The position numbers and the translations under genes were made by a program. Under the pieces are notes generated by a model. It was not told the DNA's origin. It was given only the letters and a program-made list of their open reading frames with translations, and did no database searches. From an uncultured Alphaproteobacteria bacterium (GTDB lineage Bacteria; Pseudomonadota; Alphaproteobacteria; Rs-D84): DNA of 64,000 nucleotides. The stretch covers positions 18,775-82,774 of the forward strand of contig CALXMN010000002.1 in assembly GCA_944389495.1 (NCBI GenBank), written 5' to 3'. This document shows positions 47,567 through 57,921 of the stretch, piece after piece (position 1 is the first letter of the stretch; each line of letters starts with the position of its first letter).

Positions 47567-49192
47567 ATGTTCGAAATAGGCAGAGATATTTTTAAGCACG
47601 GTTTTGTTGGGGCGGATGGCGATCGCCGGGGACGGCGGCGTATGCGAATCGTTTATTATTTCTTTGTTGCCGCATTCATTTTATTTATTTTGCAAACGTT
47701 GCGATTCGGTATCCAGGGAACAGACCGGGCACGTCGGGCCGGTGCGGATGGTGTATGGATGGCGCAACGGGCGGATATAGTGGATCGTAATGGTGATATT
47801 TTGGCAAAAAATATTATGTCGGGACATATAACTTTGCGACCACCGTATGTTGAAAAGCCCGATGAAGTTGCGCAAACAATACATCAAATTTTGCCGTATG
47901 AGTATACATTGAACCAGGCGTTCGATTTGGTTAATTCAGGACGTAAATTTATATATGTGAAAAAATATGCATCCGCCACCCAGCGCGAAGTGGTGGAAAA
48001 TGCCAAATTAGTCGGGCTGGAGATAGAGGCAGAACAAAAACGGCGCTATCCAAAACGCAGATTGTTTTCGCACGTAATCGGATTCGTTGGACGTGATGGA
48101 TATGGGTTGGAGGGGGTTGAACGTACGTATGATGATTATTTGCGGGAAAATACAGATCCGTTGCAATTGTCGTTGGATGCACGTATCCAGGCCGTATTTT
48201 ATGACCAGTTATCTATCGCAATGCAAAAATATCGGGCGCGGGCCGCGATGGGAATGTTGATGAATTCACGTACAGGTGAAATGATTGCGATGGTTTCTTT
48301 GCCGGATTATGATCCAGAAAATATAAATCTTGATCCGGCATCAAACCGTATGTTTATGCCACTGCGCGGTGTGTTTGAAATGGGGTCTATATTTAAAATA
48401 TTTAATACGGCAATGGCGATGGAAAATGGTATTGATAAAGAATACTATGTTGCAAAACCCTTTGAAATTAAAGATAAATTTGGGCGTGTTGCCGCACGTA
48501 TAAGTGATGTTCGCAGTTTTAAACCGCCGCGCCCCAATCTGACCATAGAAGAAATTATGCTGCATTCCTGTAATGCGGGCAGTGCGCAAATTGCGCTGGA
48601 TTTGCCGGATGGAACGCAAAAAGAATTTTTTCATCGGTTGCATTTGGATGAAACGTTAAAGTTGGAGTTTGGTACAACAGAACGGCCCTTGATGCCCGCC
48701 AAGTGGGGGCCGGTTGAACGTGCTACTTTGTCGTTCGGACACGGGATTTCTGTGACGCCAATGCATTTGTTGTTGGCGGTAAATGCGATGACAAATGGTG
48801 GAATTTATATTTATCCAACATTGTTAAAGCGCGGTGTTGGGCCGGTGCGCGGTGAACGGGTTTTAGATGACGAAATATCATCGCGTCTGCGCCAGGTTAT
48901 GTTTCATATTGCCGAAGAAACAGGTGGTAAAAAGGCACGTGTCGCCGGTATTCAAATTGGTGGAAAAACCGCAACCGCAGAAAAATACGAAAATGGTCGG
49001 GTTAATCATAAAAAGAATTTAACCGCCTTTGCGGGAATCTTTCCTGTTTCGGCGCCACAATATACGATTTTGGTTATTTTGGATGAACCAATGGGAACCG
49101 AAGAATCTTTTGGGTTGCGTACGGCGGCCTGGAATGCGGTGCCAACAACGGGAAAAATTCTTGATAGTATACTGCCGTTGCTATTTGAATAA
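47567..49192 (+). CDS. ftsI: Penicillin-binding protein (PBP3/FtsI-type transpeptidase)
   Basis: N-terminal TM, a dimerisation domain and a transpeptidase domain with SxxK (GSIFK), SxN (HSCN) and KTG (GKTAT) motifs. Confidence 0.85.
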   Translation: MFEIGRDIFKHGFVGADGDRRGRRRMRIVYYFFVAAFILFILQTLRFGIQGTDRARRAGADGVWMAQRADIVDRNGDILAKNIMSGHITLRPPYVEKPDEVAQTIHQILPYEYTLNQAFDLVNSGRKFIYVKKYASATQREVVENAKLVGLEIEAEQKRRYPKRRLFSHVIGFVGRDGYGLEGVERTYDDYLRENTDPLQLSLDARIQAVFYDQLSIAMQKYRARAAMGMLMNSRTGEMIAMVSLPDYDPENINLDPASNRMFMPLRGVFEMGSIFKIFNTAMAMENGIDKEYYVAKPFEIKDKFGRVAARISDVRSFKPPRPNLTIEEIMLHSCNAGSAQIALDLPDGTQKEFFHRLHLDETLKLEFGTTERPLMPAKWGPVERATLSFGHGISVTPMHLLLAVNAMTNGGIYIYPTLLKRGVGPVRGERVLDDEISSRLRQVMFHIAEETGGKKARVAGIQIGGKTATAEKYENGRVNHKKNLTAFAGIFPVSAPQYTILVILDEPMGTEESFGLRTAAWNAVPTTGKILDSILPLLFE

Positions 49193-49235
49193 TTTTTGAT
49201 TATAATTATCTCGATAAAAAATAAAAGAGTATATT

Positions 49236-51002
49236 GTGAAAAAGGTAGTTGATAAGTCCATACTGGGCCAGGTATGGGCCGTGGCGACGTATCCCGGGCA
49301 ACAACAGGATGATCCGGGCAGTGCAGAGAATTTATTACAGAAAATTTTAATCAGCCGTGGAATATCGGATATGGCGGCAATGGAAAAATTCTTGAACCCC
49401 AGTATCAAGGAATATATGCCGAACCCATCCGTCTTGACCGATATGGATGTGGCCGCAAAAATAATCACAGACAGTATATTAAATAATGAAAAAATCGCAA
49501 TTTATGGCGATTATGATGTTGATGGAATTACGTCGACCGCAATATTTGTAAAATATCTGCGGGCGTTGGGGTGCGATGTTGTTTGGCATTTGCCAACCCG
49601 TGAAGGTGAAGGTTATGGGCTGAATATTGGGGCAATTGATGAAATTGCACGTGATGGGGCGAAATTAATAATAACTGTTGATTGTGGTATCAGCGGCGTA
49701 GACGAGGTTGCATATGCTAAATCGCGTGGTTTACGTGTTGTGGTGACGGACCATCATTCGCCGGATTCTGTGTTGCCGGTTGCAGATGCCGTTGTTAACC
49801 CCAAACGGACGGATGATACATCTGGGCTTAATTATCTGGCGGGGGTGGGGGTCGCGTTTTTAACACTGGTGGCGGTGCGGCGGGAATTAAGATTGCGCGA
49901 TTTGACACCGGATATGGCACGGCGTGTGGCGGATGTTAACCCAATGAACTTTATGGATTTGGTCGCATTGGGGACAATTTGTGATACTATGCCCTTGATC
50001 GGATTAAACAGGGCCTTGGTTGCAACAGGACTGAAGGTTTTGGGGCTGCGTAATAATTTGGGATTGCGTACTTTGATGGATGTTGCAGGAATTAAAACAC
50101 CATCCGTATATGCCGCAGGCTTTGCAATTGGGCCGCGTTTAAATGCCGCAGGACGTTTGGATTCGGCCGCACCGGCGTTGGAATTGTTGCTGACCGATAA
50201 TCCGTTGATTGCAAATGATTTGGCGCATAAATTGCATCAAATGAACCAGGACAGAATCGATATTCAAAATGCGATTATGTTGTCGGCTGGCGATATGGCG
50301 CAAAAGTGTTGTGATGCAGGACGATGCAGTTTATTTGTTTGTGGTGATAATTGGCACGGCGGTGTTATGGGAATTATTGCCGGTCGATTAAAGGATAAAT
50401 ATAATTTACCATCGTGTGTGGCAACCCGAACGGATGGGGTTATTAATGGTTCGGGACGTTCAATACCCGGGGTCGATTTGGGACGGATTATACACGATGC
50501 GTTGGCGGCGGGAATTGTTTCCGAAGGTGGTGGGCACGCCGCAGCAGCAGGATTTTCATTGGTTGCAGAAAACGAAGAACGGTTTTGTGAATTTTTAGAA
50601 CAGGCGGTCAAAGATCAGTTAAATGGAAATATTCCGCACAGGGAAATTGTTGCAGATGCAGAAATCGATGCGGGTGGGGCAACGTTAAAATTGGTTAATA
50701 AATTAAGTTCTTTGGAACCATTTGGCCAGGGTAATCCAGAACCAACTTTGATTTTGCACGGCGCAACATTACGATATGCGACAACGATGGGGCACGGGGC
50801 ACATCTGCGGGGGTGTGTCGCAACCAGTGCGGGAAATCAATTGGCATTTGTTGGGTTTAATTTGGTCGGAACGCCGGTTGGTGATTTTTTACTGGACGAT
50901 GTAAACGCAAATACTAAAATAATGATGTTGGGAAAATTAAAGAGAAATGAATATAATGGACACGTAAATGCGCAATTCTTTTTGGAAGATATAGCAATAT
51001 AA
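49236..51002 (+). CDS. recJ: Single-stranded-DNA-specific exonuclease RecJ
   Basis: DHH (VVTDHHSP) and DHHA1 domains, RecJ in length, with a GTG start. Confidence 0.85.
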   Translation: MKKVVDKSILGQVWAVATYPGQQQDDPGSAENLLQKILISRGISDMAAMEKFLNPSIKEYMPNPSVLTDMDVAAKIITDSILNNEKIAIYGDYDVDGITSTAIFVKYLRALGCDVVWHLPTREGEGYGLNIGAIDEIARDGAKLIITVDCGISGVDEVAYAKSRGLRVVVTDHHSPDSVLPVADAVVNPKRTDDTSGLNYLAGVGVAFLTLVAVRRELRLRDLTPDMARRVADVNPMNFMDLVALGTICDTMPLIGLNRALVATGLKVLGLRNNLGLRTLMDVAGIKTPSVYAAGFAIGPRLNAAGRLDSAAPALELLLTDNPLIANDLAHKLHQMNQDRIDIQNAIMLSAGDMAQKCCDAGRCSLFVCGDNWHGGVMGIIAGRLKDKYNLPSCVATRTDGVINGSGRSIPGVDLGRIIHDALAAGIVSEGGGHAAAAGFSLVAENEERFCEFLEQAVKDQLNGNIPHREIVADAEIDAGGATLKLVNKLSSLEPFGQGNPEPTLILHGATLRYATTMGHGAHLRGCVATSAGNQLAFVGFNLVGTPVGDFLLDDVNANTKIMMLGKLKRNEYNGHVNAQFFLEDIAI

Positions 51003-51007
51003 AAATT

Positions 51008-51964
51008 ATGGCTGAAAATGATTTGAATCTTTTGTGCGAAAAAATACGGGACGCAAAAAGTATCTTGATTGCCGGACATAAAAACCCGGACGGGGATTCT
51101 TTGTGTTCTGTGTTGGCCTTGGCCGGATTGATAAAGCGGAATTTTAACAAGGATGCATTATGCGTGTATGATGGTAATGTGCCGGATATGTTGGACAATG
51201 TGCCGAATCGCAATCTGATGCATTATTATGGTCGTGTTGATTTGTCAAAATCATTTGATTTGGCTATCTTGGTGGATTATGGTACGCGAAACCATATTGG
51301 TGGGGTTATGCCCGCATTGGAATCGGCCGGTTTTGTAATTGAAATCGATCATCATAAAAATGATGATGTGGTTGGAAATTTGTGTCTTGATGATACTTCG
51401 GCCGCCGCCGTTGGCGAAATAATTTTTAATATCGCAACCAAGTTAAAATGGGACTTTGACGCGGATATTAATAATTTGATTGCAATTTCTGTATTAACAG
51501 ATACAGGATATTTTAAATATGCGCACAGTGGAAATGTTCTGCGGATAATGGCCAAGTTGGTTGATGCCGGTGTTGATATAGAAAATATTTCAAATCTGTT
51601 GAATAATAAACCTCGTAAGTCCGTATTGACCGAGGCCGCAGTTACATCGCGTGCAGAATTCTTTTACCACGGACGTTTAGCGTTGGCCACAATTGATGCC
51701 AAAGATTATAAAAATCTGGATGGGCGTGGTGATACGATTTTATCCCTGTTGGGGCAAATAAAGGGTGTAGAATATATTGCATTGTTAAAGCGTCAAAAGG
51801 AAAATCAGACAGGGGTGTCTTTGCGCGGAAAAAATAAACCGGTTGATGATATTGCAAGTGCGCTTGGGGGTGGGGGGCATACTTTTGCGGCCGGGGCCGT
51901 TGTGCACGATTCGATTGATAATGTGCGGGTACGCATTTTGGATTTATTCAAGGGGGTAAAATGA
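51008..51964 (+). CDS. nrnA: DHH-family oligoribonuclease/pAp phosphatase NrnA
   Basis: DHH motif (IEIDHHKND) and a GGGH motif in DHHA1. 318 aa. Confidence 0.75.
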   Translation: MAENDLNLLCEKIRDAKSILIAGHKNPDGDSLCSVLALAGLIKRNFNKDALCVYDGNVPDMLDNVPNRNLMHYYGRVDLSKSFDLAILVDYGTRNHIGGVMPALESAGFVIEIDHHKNDDVVGNLCLDDTSAAAVGEIIFNIATKLKWDFDADINNLIAISVLTDTGYFKYAHSGNVLRIMAKLVDAGVDIENISNLLNNKPRKSVLTEAAVTSRAEFFYHGRLALATIDAKDYKNLDGRGDTILSLLGQIKGVEYIALLKRQKENQTGVSLRGKNKPVDDIASALGGGGHTFAAGAVVHDSIDNVRVRILDLFKGVK

Positions 51965-52575
51965 GAAAATTGGTATCGGCAATTTTGGGAGTTGTTATCT
52001 GTATGCCCGCAGTGGCCGCGGTTGACGGCGCGGCGGTTGATACGGCGGAAAAATATTTAAATTCAATTACCGGATTGACGGGTAATTTTGTTCAGACCGC
52101 AAACGGGCGTCAAGAGAATGGAACTTTTTCAATGCTGCGGCCGGGACGGGTGCGGTTGGATTATGATAATATGCCGGTGCAATTGATTTCAGATGGACGT
52201 GATTTGTATTTCTTTGATAAATCTTTGGACCAGATTACAACCGTACCGTTAACCAGTACCCCCGCAGGTATTTTAATTCGTGAAAATATCGATTTGCAAA
52301 ATGCAGATATAAATGTTATCGAAACCACAGATATGAATAAGACTTTTTCTTTAAAGATGAATTTGCGTGGCCAAGAAGGTATTGGAAATATGACCGTTGT
52401 TTTTGATAAAAATCCGGTCAAATTAAATTCTTGGACCGTGGTTGATGCAACCGGCGCGAAAACAGATGTTGCGTTTTCGGGGCTGGGGGTAAAAACAGAT
52501 TTCCCATCGGATTATTTTCAAATTCAACATCACAGAACCGTCAGTACAAGTGGTGGCGATTCGTTTTATGATTAA
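51961..52575 (+). CDS. LolA-like periplasmic lipoprotein carrier
   Basis: Signal peptide, a length of about 200 aa, and the LolA-like TGNFVQT...LRPGRVRLDY pattern. Confidence 0.55.
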   Translation: MRKLVSAILGVVICMPAVAAVDGAAVDTAEKYLNSITGLTGNFVQTANGRQENGTFSMLRPGRVRLDYDNMPVQLISDGRDLYFFDKSLDQITTVPLTSTPAGILIRENIDLQNADINVIETTDMNKTFSLKMNLRGQEGIGNMTVVFDKNPVKLNSWTVVDATGAKTDVAFSGLGVKTDFPSDYFQIQHHRTVSTSGGDSFYD

Positions 52576-52577
52576 AA

Positions 52578-52916
52578 ATGTTTGGAATCAGTTGGCCTGA
52601 ATTCTTGGTTATTTTGTTGGTGGCTGTGTTGGTTATTCCGGCACGCCTGTGGCCGGATGTGGCGCGATTCTTGGCGGGGGCCGTTAATTTTGTGCGCAAG
52701 TTGGTTTGGAAAATAACAGATGCATCGGAACAAATTAAGCAGCAAATTGATTTGGAAAAGCCAATTGATGATTTAATTAAGTCAACCACCGCAGATATGT
52801 TGGATGGAATTTCTGAGCCACTGAAAAAAATTAAAAATCAAAAAATAACATCTGCGCGCGTTGTCACACGCAAAAATGCGCCATCAAAACGTAAAAGCCG
52901 GGGGAAACAAAAATGA
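52578..52916 (+). CDS. tatB: Twin-arginine translocase subunit TatB
   Basis: MFGISWPEFLVILLVAVLVIPARLWPD is the TatA/B-family N-terminal helix. It lies directly upstream of tatC and overlaps it by ATGA. Confidence 0.7.
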   Translation: MFGISWPEFLVILLVAVLVIPARLWPDVARFLAGAVNFVRKLVWKITDASEQIKQQIDLEKPIDDLIKSTTADMLDGISEPLKKIKNQKITSARVVTRKNAPSKRKSRGKQK

Positions 52917-53641
52917 AACCGGTTACATCACGTATGACATTGGCACAACATTTTTCTGAGTTGCGGCGACGAATATTATGGACGCTTGCAATATTTATAA
53001 TTGCACTTGTTGTGGGATGGTATTTGTCGCCGATGGTGCAACAATTGTTAACCGCGCCATTATTAAACGTTTGGCCGGATGGCGAATTGTTATATACCGG
53101 GTTGGCAGATGGTTTAATGATTCGGTTTTCGTTATCTGTGTTGTTTGCGTTGTTTATAACAACGCCGTTTGCACTGTGGCAGGTGTGGGCATATATTGCG
53201 CCGGGTTTGCATAAAAAGGAACGCAATGCTATATGGCCAATTTTAATTGCGTCGCCAATTTTATTCTTGGCGGGGGCGGCGTTTGCGTTTTATATACTGT
53301 TCCCTTTTGTTTTTAGTTTTTTTATAGAATTAAACCAGGCATCACCCGTGCCTTCGGTGGTTTTACCCGCCGCAACGGATTATTTAGATTTTTCAATTGG
53401 TATGTTAAAGGTTTTTGGTTTGGCGTTTCAGTTACCTTTGTTGCTGGTGTTACTGAATCGGGTTGGGGTTTTATCACGTGCCCGTGCCGTTAAAATGCGT
53501 CGATATGCAATTGTGTTTATTGTTATTGTTGCCGCCGTTTTAACACCGCCGGATGTCGTGTCGCAAATATTATTGGCATTGCCGATGTGGGCACTGTTCG
53601 AGGCAAGTTTGCTGTTTATGCGTGATGACGAAAATAGATAA
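52913..53641 (+). CDS. tatC: Twin-arginine translocase subunit TatC
   Basis: HFSELRRRIL and six TMs in the TatC pattern. 242 aa. Confidence 0.9.
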   Translation: MKPVTSRMTLAQHFSELRRRILWTLAIFIIALVVGWYLSPMVQQLLTAPLLNVWPDGELLYTGLADGLMIRFSLSVLFALFITTPFALWQVWAYIAPGLHKKERNAIWPILIASPILFLAGAAFAFYILFPFVFSFFIELNQASPVPSVVLPAATDYLDFSIGMLKVFGLAFQLPLLLVLLNRVGVLSRARAVKMRRYAIVFIVIVAAVLTPPDVVSQILLALPMWALFEASLLFMRDDENR

Positions 53642-53673
53642 AATTATTTTCTTTTTTGTGATATAATCGTTTT

Positions 53674-54999
53674 GTGAAAAAAATCTGTTTGTTTTTTATG
53701 GGCTGCGCAGCGCTGGCATTTGCCGCGTGTGATTTGCAGCCAAAAATATTATCTTTGCCGGATACGGTTGGCGAGTTTATTTCTGCGCGTTATCCTGCTT
53801 TGTTGGCCGATCCGGAAACACAGCCGGAAATTTATAATGCCGCGTCAACCGACTATGGTGTGTATGCATCGCCAACATTGTATGGTTCTGTGGATGATGC
53901 CCAGTATGTAGAGTATGCCAGTGTTAATGACTATATCGTGCCGCCGTCGGCAAATGTAATGTATGAAAATGCACCAACGGGTGCCGACGTTGATGCCGGG
54001 GGTGAAATTATTGTTGCAGACAACAAAGTAAATACCGCCACGGGTTCCATTGATTATTTACGTGTGCCTATGTACGGTGGCGTGACAACCGTACAATCTT
54101 TGTCAGAAATAACCGTTGCCGCGGGGGATACGCTGTTTTCATTGGCCCAGATGTACGGTACAACAACAGACGAATTAATTCGAATAAATAACCTTGTTGC
54201 ACCGTATACGTTAACAGTTGGACAGAAGTTAAATGTTCCGGTTGCAACCCAGGCCGCCGCAGTTCAAACAATTTCTGTGCCGGCGCAACCAACGACCACA
54301 ACACGTGTAGAATTACAGGAAATAACCGTTGCCGCGGGGGATACGTTATATTCTTTGTCGCGTAAATATTCTGTGCCGGTAAATGATTTGGCCGTTATGA
54401 ATAATTTGTCCGCGCCATTTACGTTATCGGTTGGACAAAAGTTAAGGGTTCCAAACCTTAGCACCGCGCCGGTTCGCAGTACGGTTTCTGCGTCGGGAAC
54501 AACGACGGTCGTTGCAGGTGGAAAAACGGCAGTGACGGAAAAGGCACCCGTGACCGCACAGACCAAGGAAAAAATATCTTCGGATCCAACGCAGAAGTTG
54601 CCGACAATCAGTGCGCGTTCTTCGTCTAAGTTTTCGTGGCCCGTTCAAGGAAAGATTTTGTCTGGTTATGGTGCAAAATCAGACGGGTTATTTAATGATG
54701 GTATTAATATTGCCGCCACACGTGGTACCGCGGTCAAAGCGGCAGAAAATGGTGTGGTTGCATATGCCGGAAATGAAGTTAAGGGAATGGGAAATTTGAT
54801 TATTGTCCAACATTCTGGGGGATGGATGACGGTTTATGCACATTTGGATTCTATGACGGTGCGACGTGGAACCAAGGTAAGTGTTGGACAAAAAATTGGT
54901 ACGGTCGGCGAAACGGGTAAGGTTGATCAGCCGCAATTACACTTTGAAATTCGCAAAGGAACCAAGGCGTATAACCCATCGTCATATTTGAAAAAATAA
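53674..54999 (+). CDS. LysM-domain M23 peptidase (NlpD-like murein hydrolase activator)
   Basis: GTG start and a lipoprotein signal (LAFAAC). Two LysM repeats are present (ITVAAGDTL[FY]SL...NNL...TL.VGQKL.VP), and the C-terminal M23 domain carries HLDS and an H..F motif. Confidence 0.8.
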   Translation: MKKICLFFMGCAALAFAACDLQPKILSLPDTVGEFISARYPALLADPETQPEIYNAASTDYGVYASPTLYGSVDDAQYVEYASVNDYIVPPSANVMYENAPTGADVDAGGEIIVADNKVNTATGSIDYLRVPMYGGVTTVQSLSEITVAAGDTLFSLAQMYGTTTDELIRINNLVAPYTLTVGQKLNVPVATQAAAVQTISVPAQPTTTTRVELQEITVAAGDTLYSLSRKYSVPVNDLAVMNNLSAPFTLSVGQKLRVPNLSTAPVRSTVSASGTTTVVAGGKTAVTEKAPVTAQTKEKISSDPTQKLPTISARSSSKFSWPVQGKILSGYGAKSDGLFNDGINIAATRGTAVKAAENGVVAYAGNEVKGMGNLIIVQHSGGWMTVYAHLDSMTVRRGTKVSVGQKIGTVGETGKVDQPQLHFEIRKGTKAYNPSSYLKK

Positions 55000-55071
55000 T
55001 TGTAAAAATGCTGTATGTGCATTGTTTCCTGGGGTGGGGTGTCTTAATTGGTTCCCAATTGTTTAAATAAA

Positions 55072-55098
55072 AAACCGCGTTGCGGTTTGTTTTTTTTT
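55072..55098. terminator. Bidirectional rho-independent terminator shared by the nlpD-like gene on the plus strand and tRNA-Lys on the minus strand
   Basis: AAAACCGCGTTGCGGTTTGTTTTTTTTT abuts the tRNA 3' end. Confidence 0.75.
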
Positions 55099-55173
55099 GG
55101 TGGGCGCACAGGGACTCGAACCCTGGACCCACTGATTAAGAGTCAGTTGCTCTACCAACTGAGCTATGCACCC
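55098..55173 (-). tRNA. tRNA-Lys (anticodon CTT)
   Basis: The reverse complement GGGTGCATAGCTCAGTTGGTAGAGCAACTGACTCTTAATCAGTGGGTCCAGGGTTCGAGTCCCTGTGCGCCCACCA folds as a cloverleaf. Anticodon stem ACTGA/TCAGT, loop CTCTTAA, TPsiC loop GGTTCGAGTCC, and an encoded CCA end. Confidence 0.9.
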
Positions 55174-55386
55174 GGGTCCAATATATTTTATTTTCTGACC
55201 CGGCAATTATAGACCTTTTTTTGTCAAATGCAAGAGTATTTAATCGTTTTTAAAAATTGTGTGCGGTTGTGGCGGGGCTATTAAAATAGGCAGCCATACC
55301 TATGTAAAATTTAATATGGCTTTGATAAAATCAATATGTTGACATAAAAACTTGAAACAACAAAAACCTGATAAAGGAGAGAGAAA

Positions 55387-55998
55387 ATGAAAAAAATAGT
55401 TATATCAACACTGGCGGTGCTGATTGCGTGTCCGGCATTTGCCGCAGGAACCAATCCGTATAACAGCAGTTGGCAATTATTCGGCTTGGATCCGTATATT
55501 GGATTGCGTGGTGGTGCCAGTTATTCCAATTTAAACTATAGCTTTAATGATCACAAGGAAACAGTATCAGATATGGTGTTCCAGGGGCGGGCTGCATTGG
55601 GGTTGGAAATATGCGATACCGTGCGTTCCGAAATAGAATGGTCTATATACAGCAAGGCCAAGGATAGCGCAAATTTCGGTACGGTTGGCGATGTTAATAT
55701 AGAAACAAAAATGCAGACATTGTTATGGAATACGTATTGGGAATTTGGCGGTTACCAAGTTGTACGTCCGTTTATTGGACTGGGTGCCGGTGTAGCATTT
55801 ACCGATGTAAAACGTGAAGTTCCGGCCATCGGTCATCACAGCGAAAGTAAAACGCGCTTTTCTGCGATGGGATCGTTGGGTGTAACATTTGATATGGAAC
55901 GCTTTGCGGTTGATATTGCGGCGCGTTATAACTATGTCGATATTAACTCTGGTTTGCATAATTTTGGTGGCGATATTGGTATCAGATTTATGTTCTAG
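55387..55998 (+). CDS. Small outer-membrane beta-barrel protein (OmpA-like/Opa-like 8-strand barrel family)
   Basis: Signal peptide MKKIVISTLAVLIACPAFAAG, about 180 mature residues with alternating beta-strands, and a terminal ...GIRFMF. Confidence 0.6.
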   Translation: MKKIVISTLAVLIACPAFAAGTNPYNSSWQLFGLDPYIGLRGGASYSNLNYSFNDHKETVSDMVFQGRAALGLEICDTVRSEIEWSIYSKAKDSANFGTVGDVNIETKMQTLLWNTYWEFGGYQVVRPFIGLGAGVAFTDVKREVPAIGHHSESKTRFSAMGSLGVTFDMERFAVDIAARYNYVDINSGLHNFGGDIGIRFMF

Positions 55999-56033
55999 GG
56001 TGAATGGGAATTGCACATTTATACTGTGTGTGA

Positions 56034-56062
56034 ACATCGTCGAATTTCGGCGATGTTTTTTA
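56034..56062 (+). terminator. Rho-independent terminator
   Basis: ACATCGTCGAATTTCGGCGATGTTTTTT. Confidence 0.7.
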
Positions 56063-56182
56063 TGATAAAAACGCGCTGTGTGCACGATTCCCTGGGGCTT
56101 GTGATTTCTATCCTGTGGCGTGTTGTGGTTGGTAATTGATACAATTTTAATCGTAAAATTTAACAAAAAAGGAGGTTGAATA

Positions 56183-57808
56183 ATGGCTGGGGCGGGAAAA
56201 AGTTCTGTTCGGCGTCGTGCGGCGAATACAAATGTTTATCTGATTGGGTCGGGTATAGGGTCTTTGGCGGCGGCGGTATATTTAATACGGGATGCCAAGG
56301 TTCCAGGTGAAAATATTCGTATATTTGATGCTTTGGACACAGATGGCGGCAGTTTGGATGGGGCCGGTGATGCACGGCGTGGATTTTTAATTCGCGGTGG
56401 ACGTATGCTTAATATACCAACATACGAATGTTTCCAAGACATTATGACGGCGGTACCATCCGAGGAGTTTGATGGAATTTCTGCTGAACAAGAATTTTTG
56501 AATTATAACGAAGAGTTTAAAACGCACGCAAATGCCCGTTTGGTGGATAAAAACGGAAAACGAATCGATGTTAATCAAATGGGCTTTTCTGCGGATGACA
56601 GAATAGATATGGAAAAACTGGTGCTGATGGAGACAGAAAAATCGTTGGGTGCAAAACGAATCGATCAGGTCTTTGGTGCACATTTTTTTAAAACAAATTT
56701 TTGGTATATGTGGCAAACGACTTTTGCGTTTCAACCTTGGTCCAGTGCGGCGGAATTACGTCGGTATATGATACGGTTTATGCACGAATTTCCGCGTATA
56801 CACACATTGGCGGGGGTCGCACGCACCGCATATAACCAACACGATTCCGTGGTTAAGCCAATTGTGGATTGGTTGAAGGGCCAAGGTGTACAAGTTATCT
56901 TGGGGGCGCGTGTTACGGATATTTTGTTTGATCAAACAAAGCGTGGGGAGTATGTCGCGACACTTATTGAATATACTCAACGTGGTAAAAAGCACACGAT
57001 TAATGTTTTACCGACGGATATCGTTACGTTTACAAATGGCTGTATGACGGATAATTCAAACCAGGCAACAACCGATACAGTTGCAAAATATGAAAAAGAT
57101 GTTGAAGCGCCATCTTTTGGATTGTGGCGCAAAATTGCAAATGGACGGCCGGAATTTGGCGACCCAGATGTCTTTTGTGGGCGGCCAGATGAAACAATGT
57201 GGATGTCTTTTACGGTTACAATTAATAATAATCCGCAGTTGTTGGATTATATTCAGCGCTTTACGCATAATCATCCGGGGGGCGGGGCGTTGGTTACGTT
57301 CAAGGATTCTGCGTGGCGGTTGTCTTTTGTCGTGGCGCGTCAGCCACATTTTAAGAACCAACCAATGGATACACAAATATTCTGGGGGTATTCTTTGAAT
57401 ATGTTTGTTAATGGTGACTTTGTCAAAAAGCCGATGTACAAATGCACCGGGCGCGAGATTATAACCGAACTGATGGGGCATTTGCATATCGATGCCAAAA
57501 ATCAGGCGGATATGATGCGCGGACTTATCTGCAGAACATCGATTATGCCGTATATTACCGCAGAATTTCAGCCGCGAAAGCCCGGTGATCGACCACCGGT
57601 TATACCGCGTGGATATGAAAATTTTGCCTTTATCAGTCAATTTGCCGAGGTGCCAGATGACGTCGTTTTTACGATGGAATATTCTGTACGTGCCGCCCAG
57701 CGGGCCGTGTATTATTTGATGGGGGTTGATAAAGATTTAACACCCGTCAGTCGACATCAATATTCGCCACGAACAATGTTAAAAGCATTCTTGAAATTGC
57801 ATAGTTAA
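56183..57808 (+). CDS. Oleate hydratase (myosin-cross-reactive-antigen family FAD enzyme)
   Basis: N-terminal FAD motif YLIGSGIGSLAAAVYLIRDA and MCRA-family conservation along the whole length (GGRMLN; HEFPRIHTLAGV). 541 aa. Confidence 0.65.
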   Translation: MAGAGKSSVRRRAANTNVYLIGSGIGSLAAAVYLIRDAKVPGENIRIFDALDTDGGSLDGAGDARRGFLIRGGRMLNIPTYECFQDIMTAVPSEEFDGISAEQEFLNYNEEFKTHANARLVDKNGKRIDVNQMGFSADDRIDMEKLVLMETEKSLGAKRIDQVFGAHFFKTNFWYMWQTTFAFQPWSSAAELRRYMIRFMHEFPRIHTLAGVARTAYNQHDSVVKPIVDWLKGQGVQVILGARVTDILFDQTKRGEYVATLIEYTQRGKKHTINVLPTDIVTFTNGCMTDNSNQATTDTVAKYEKDVEAPSFGLWRKIANGRPEFGDPDVFCGRPDETMWMSFTVTINNNPQLLDYIQRFTHNHPGGGALVTFKDSAWRLSFVVARQPHFKNQPMDTQIFWGYSLNMFVNGDFVKKPMYKCTGREIITELMGHLHIDAKNQADMMRGLICRTSIMPYITAEFQPRKPGDRPPVIPRGYENFAFISQFAEVPDDVVFTMEYSVRAAQRAVYYLMGVDKDLTPVSRHQYSPRTMLKAFLKLHS

Positions 57809-57921
57809 AATCGCGCTGGATGCATATATTCCTGGGGTTGCAGGAATTCAAACCTGGCGAAATATGCAAAAAAATATTGTACAATATATTTCGTAACCAT
57901 AAGGAAAAAAAGGAGACCTTT

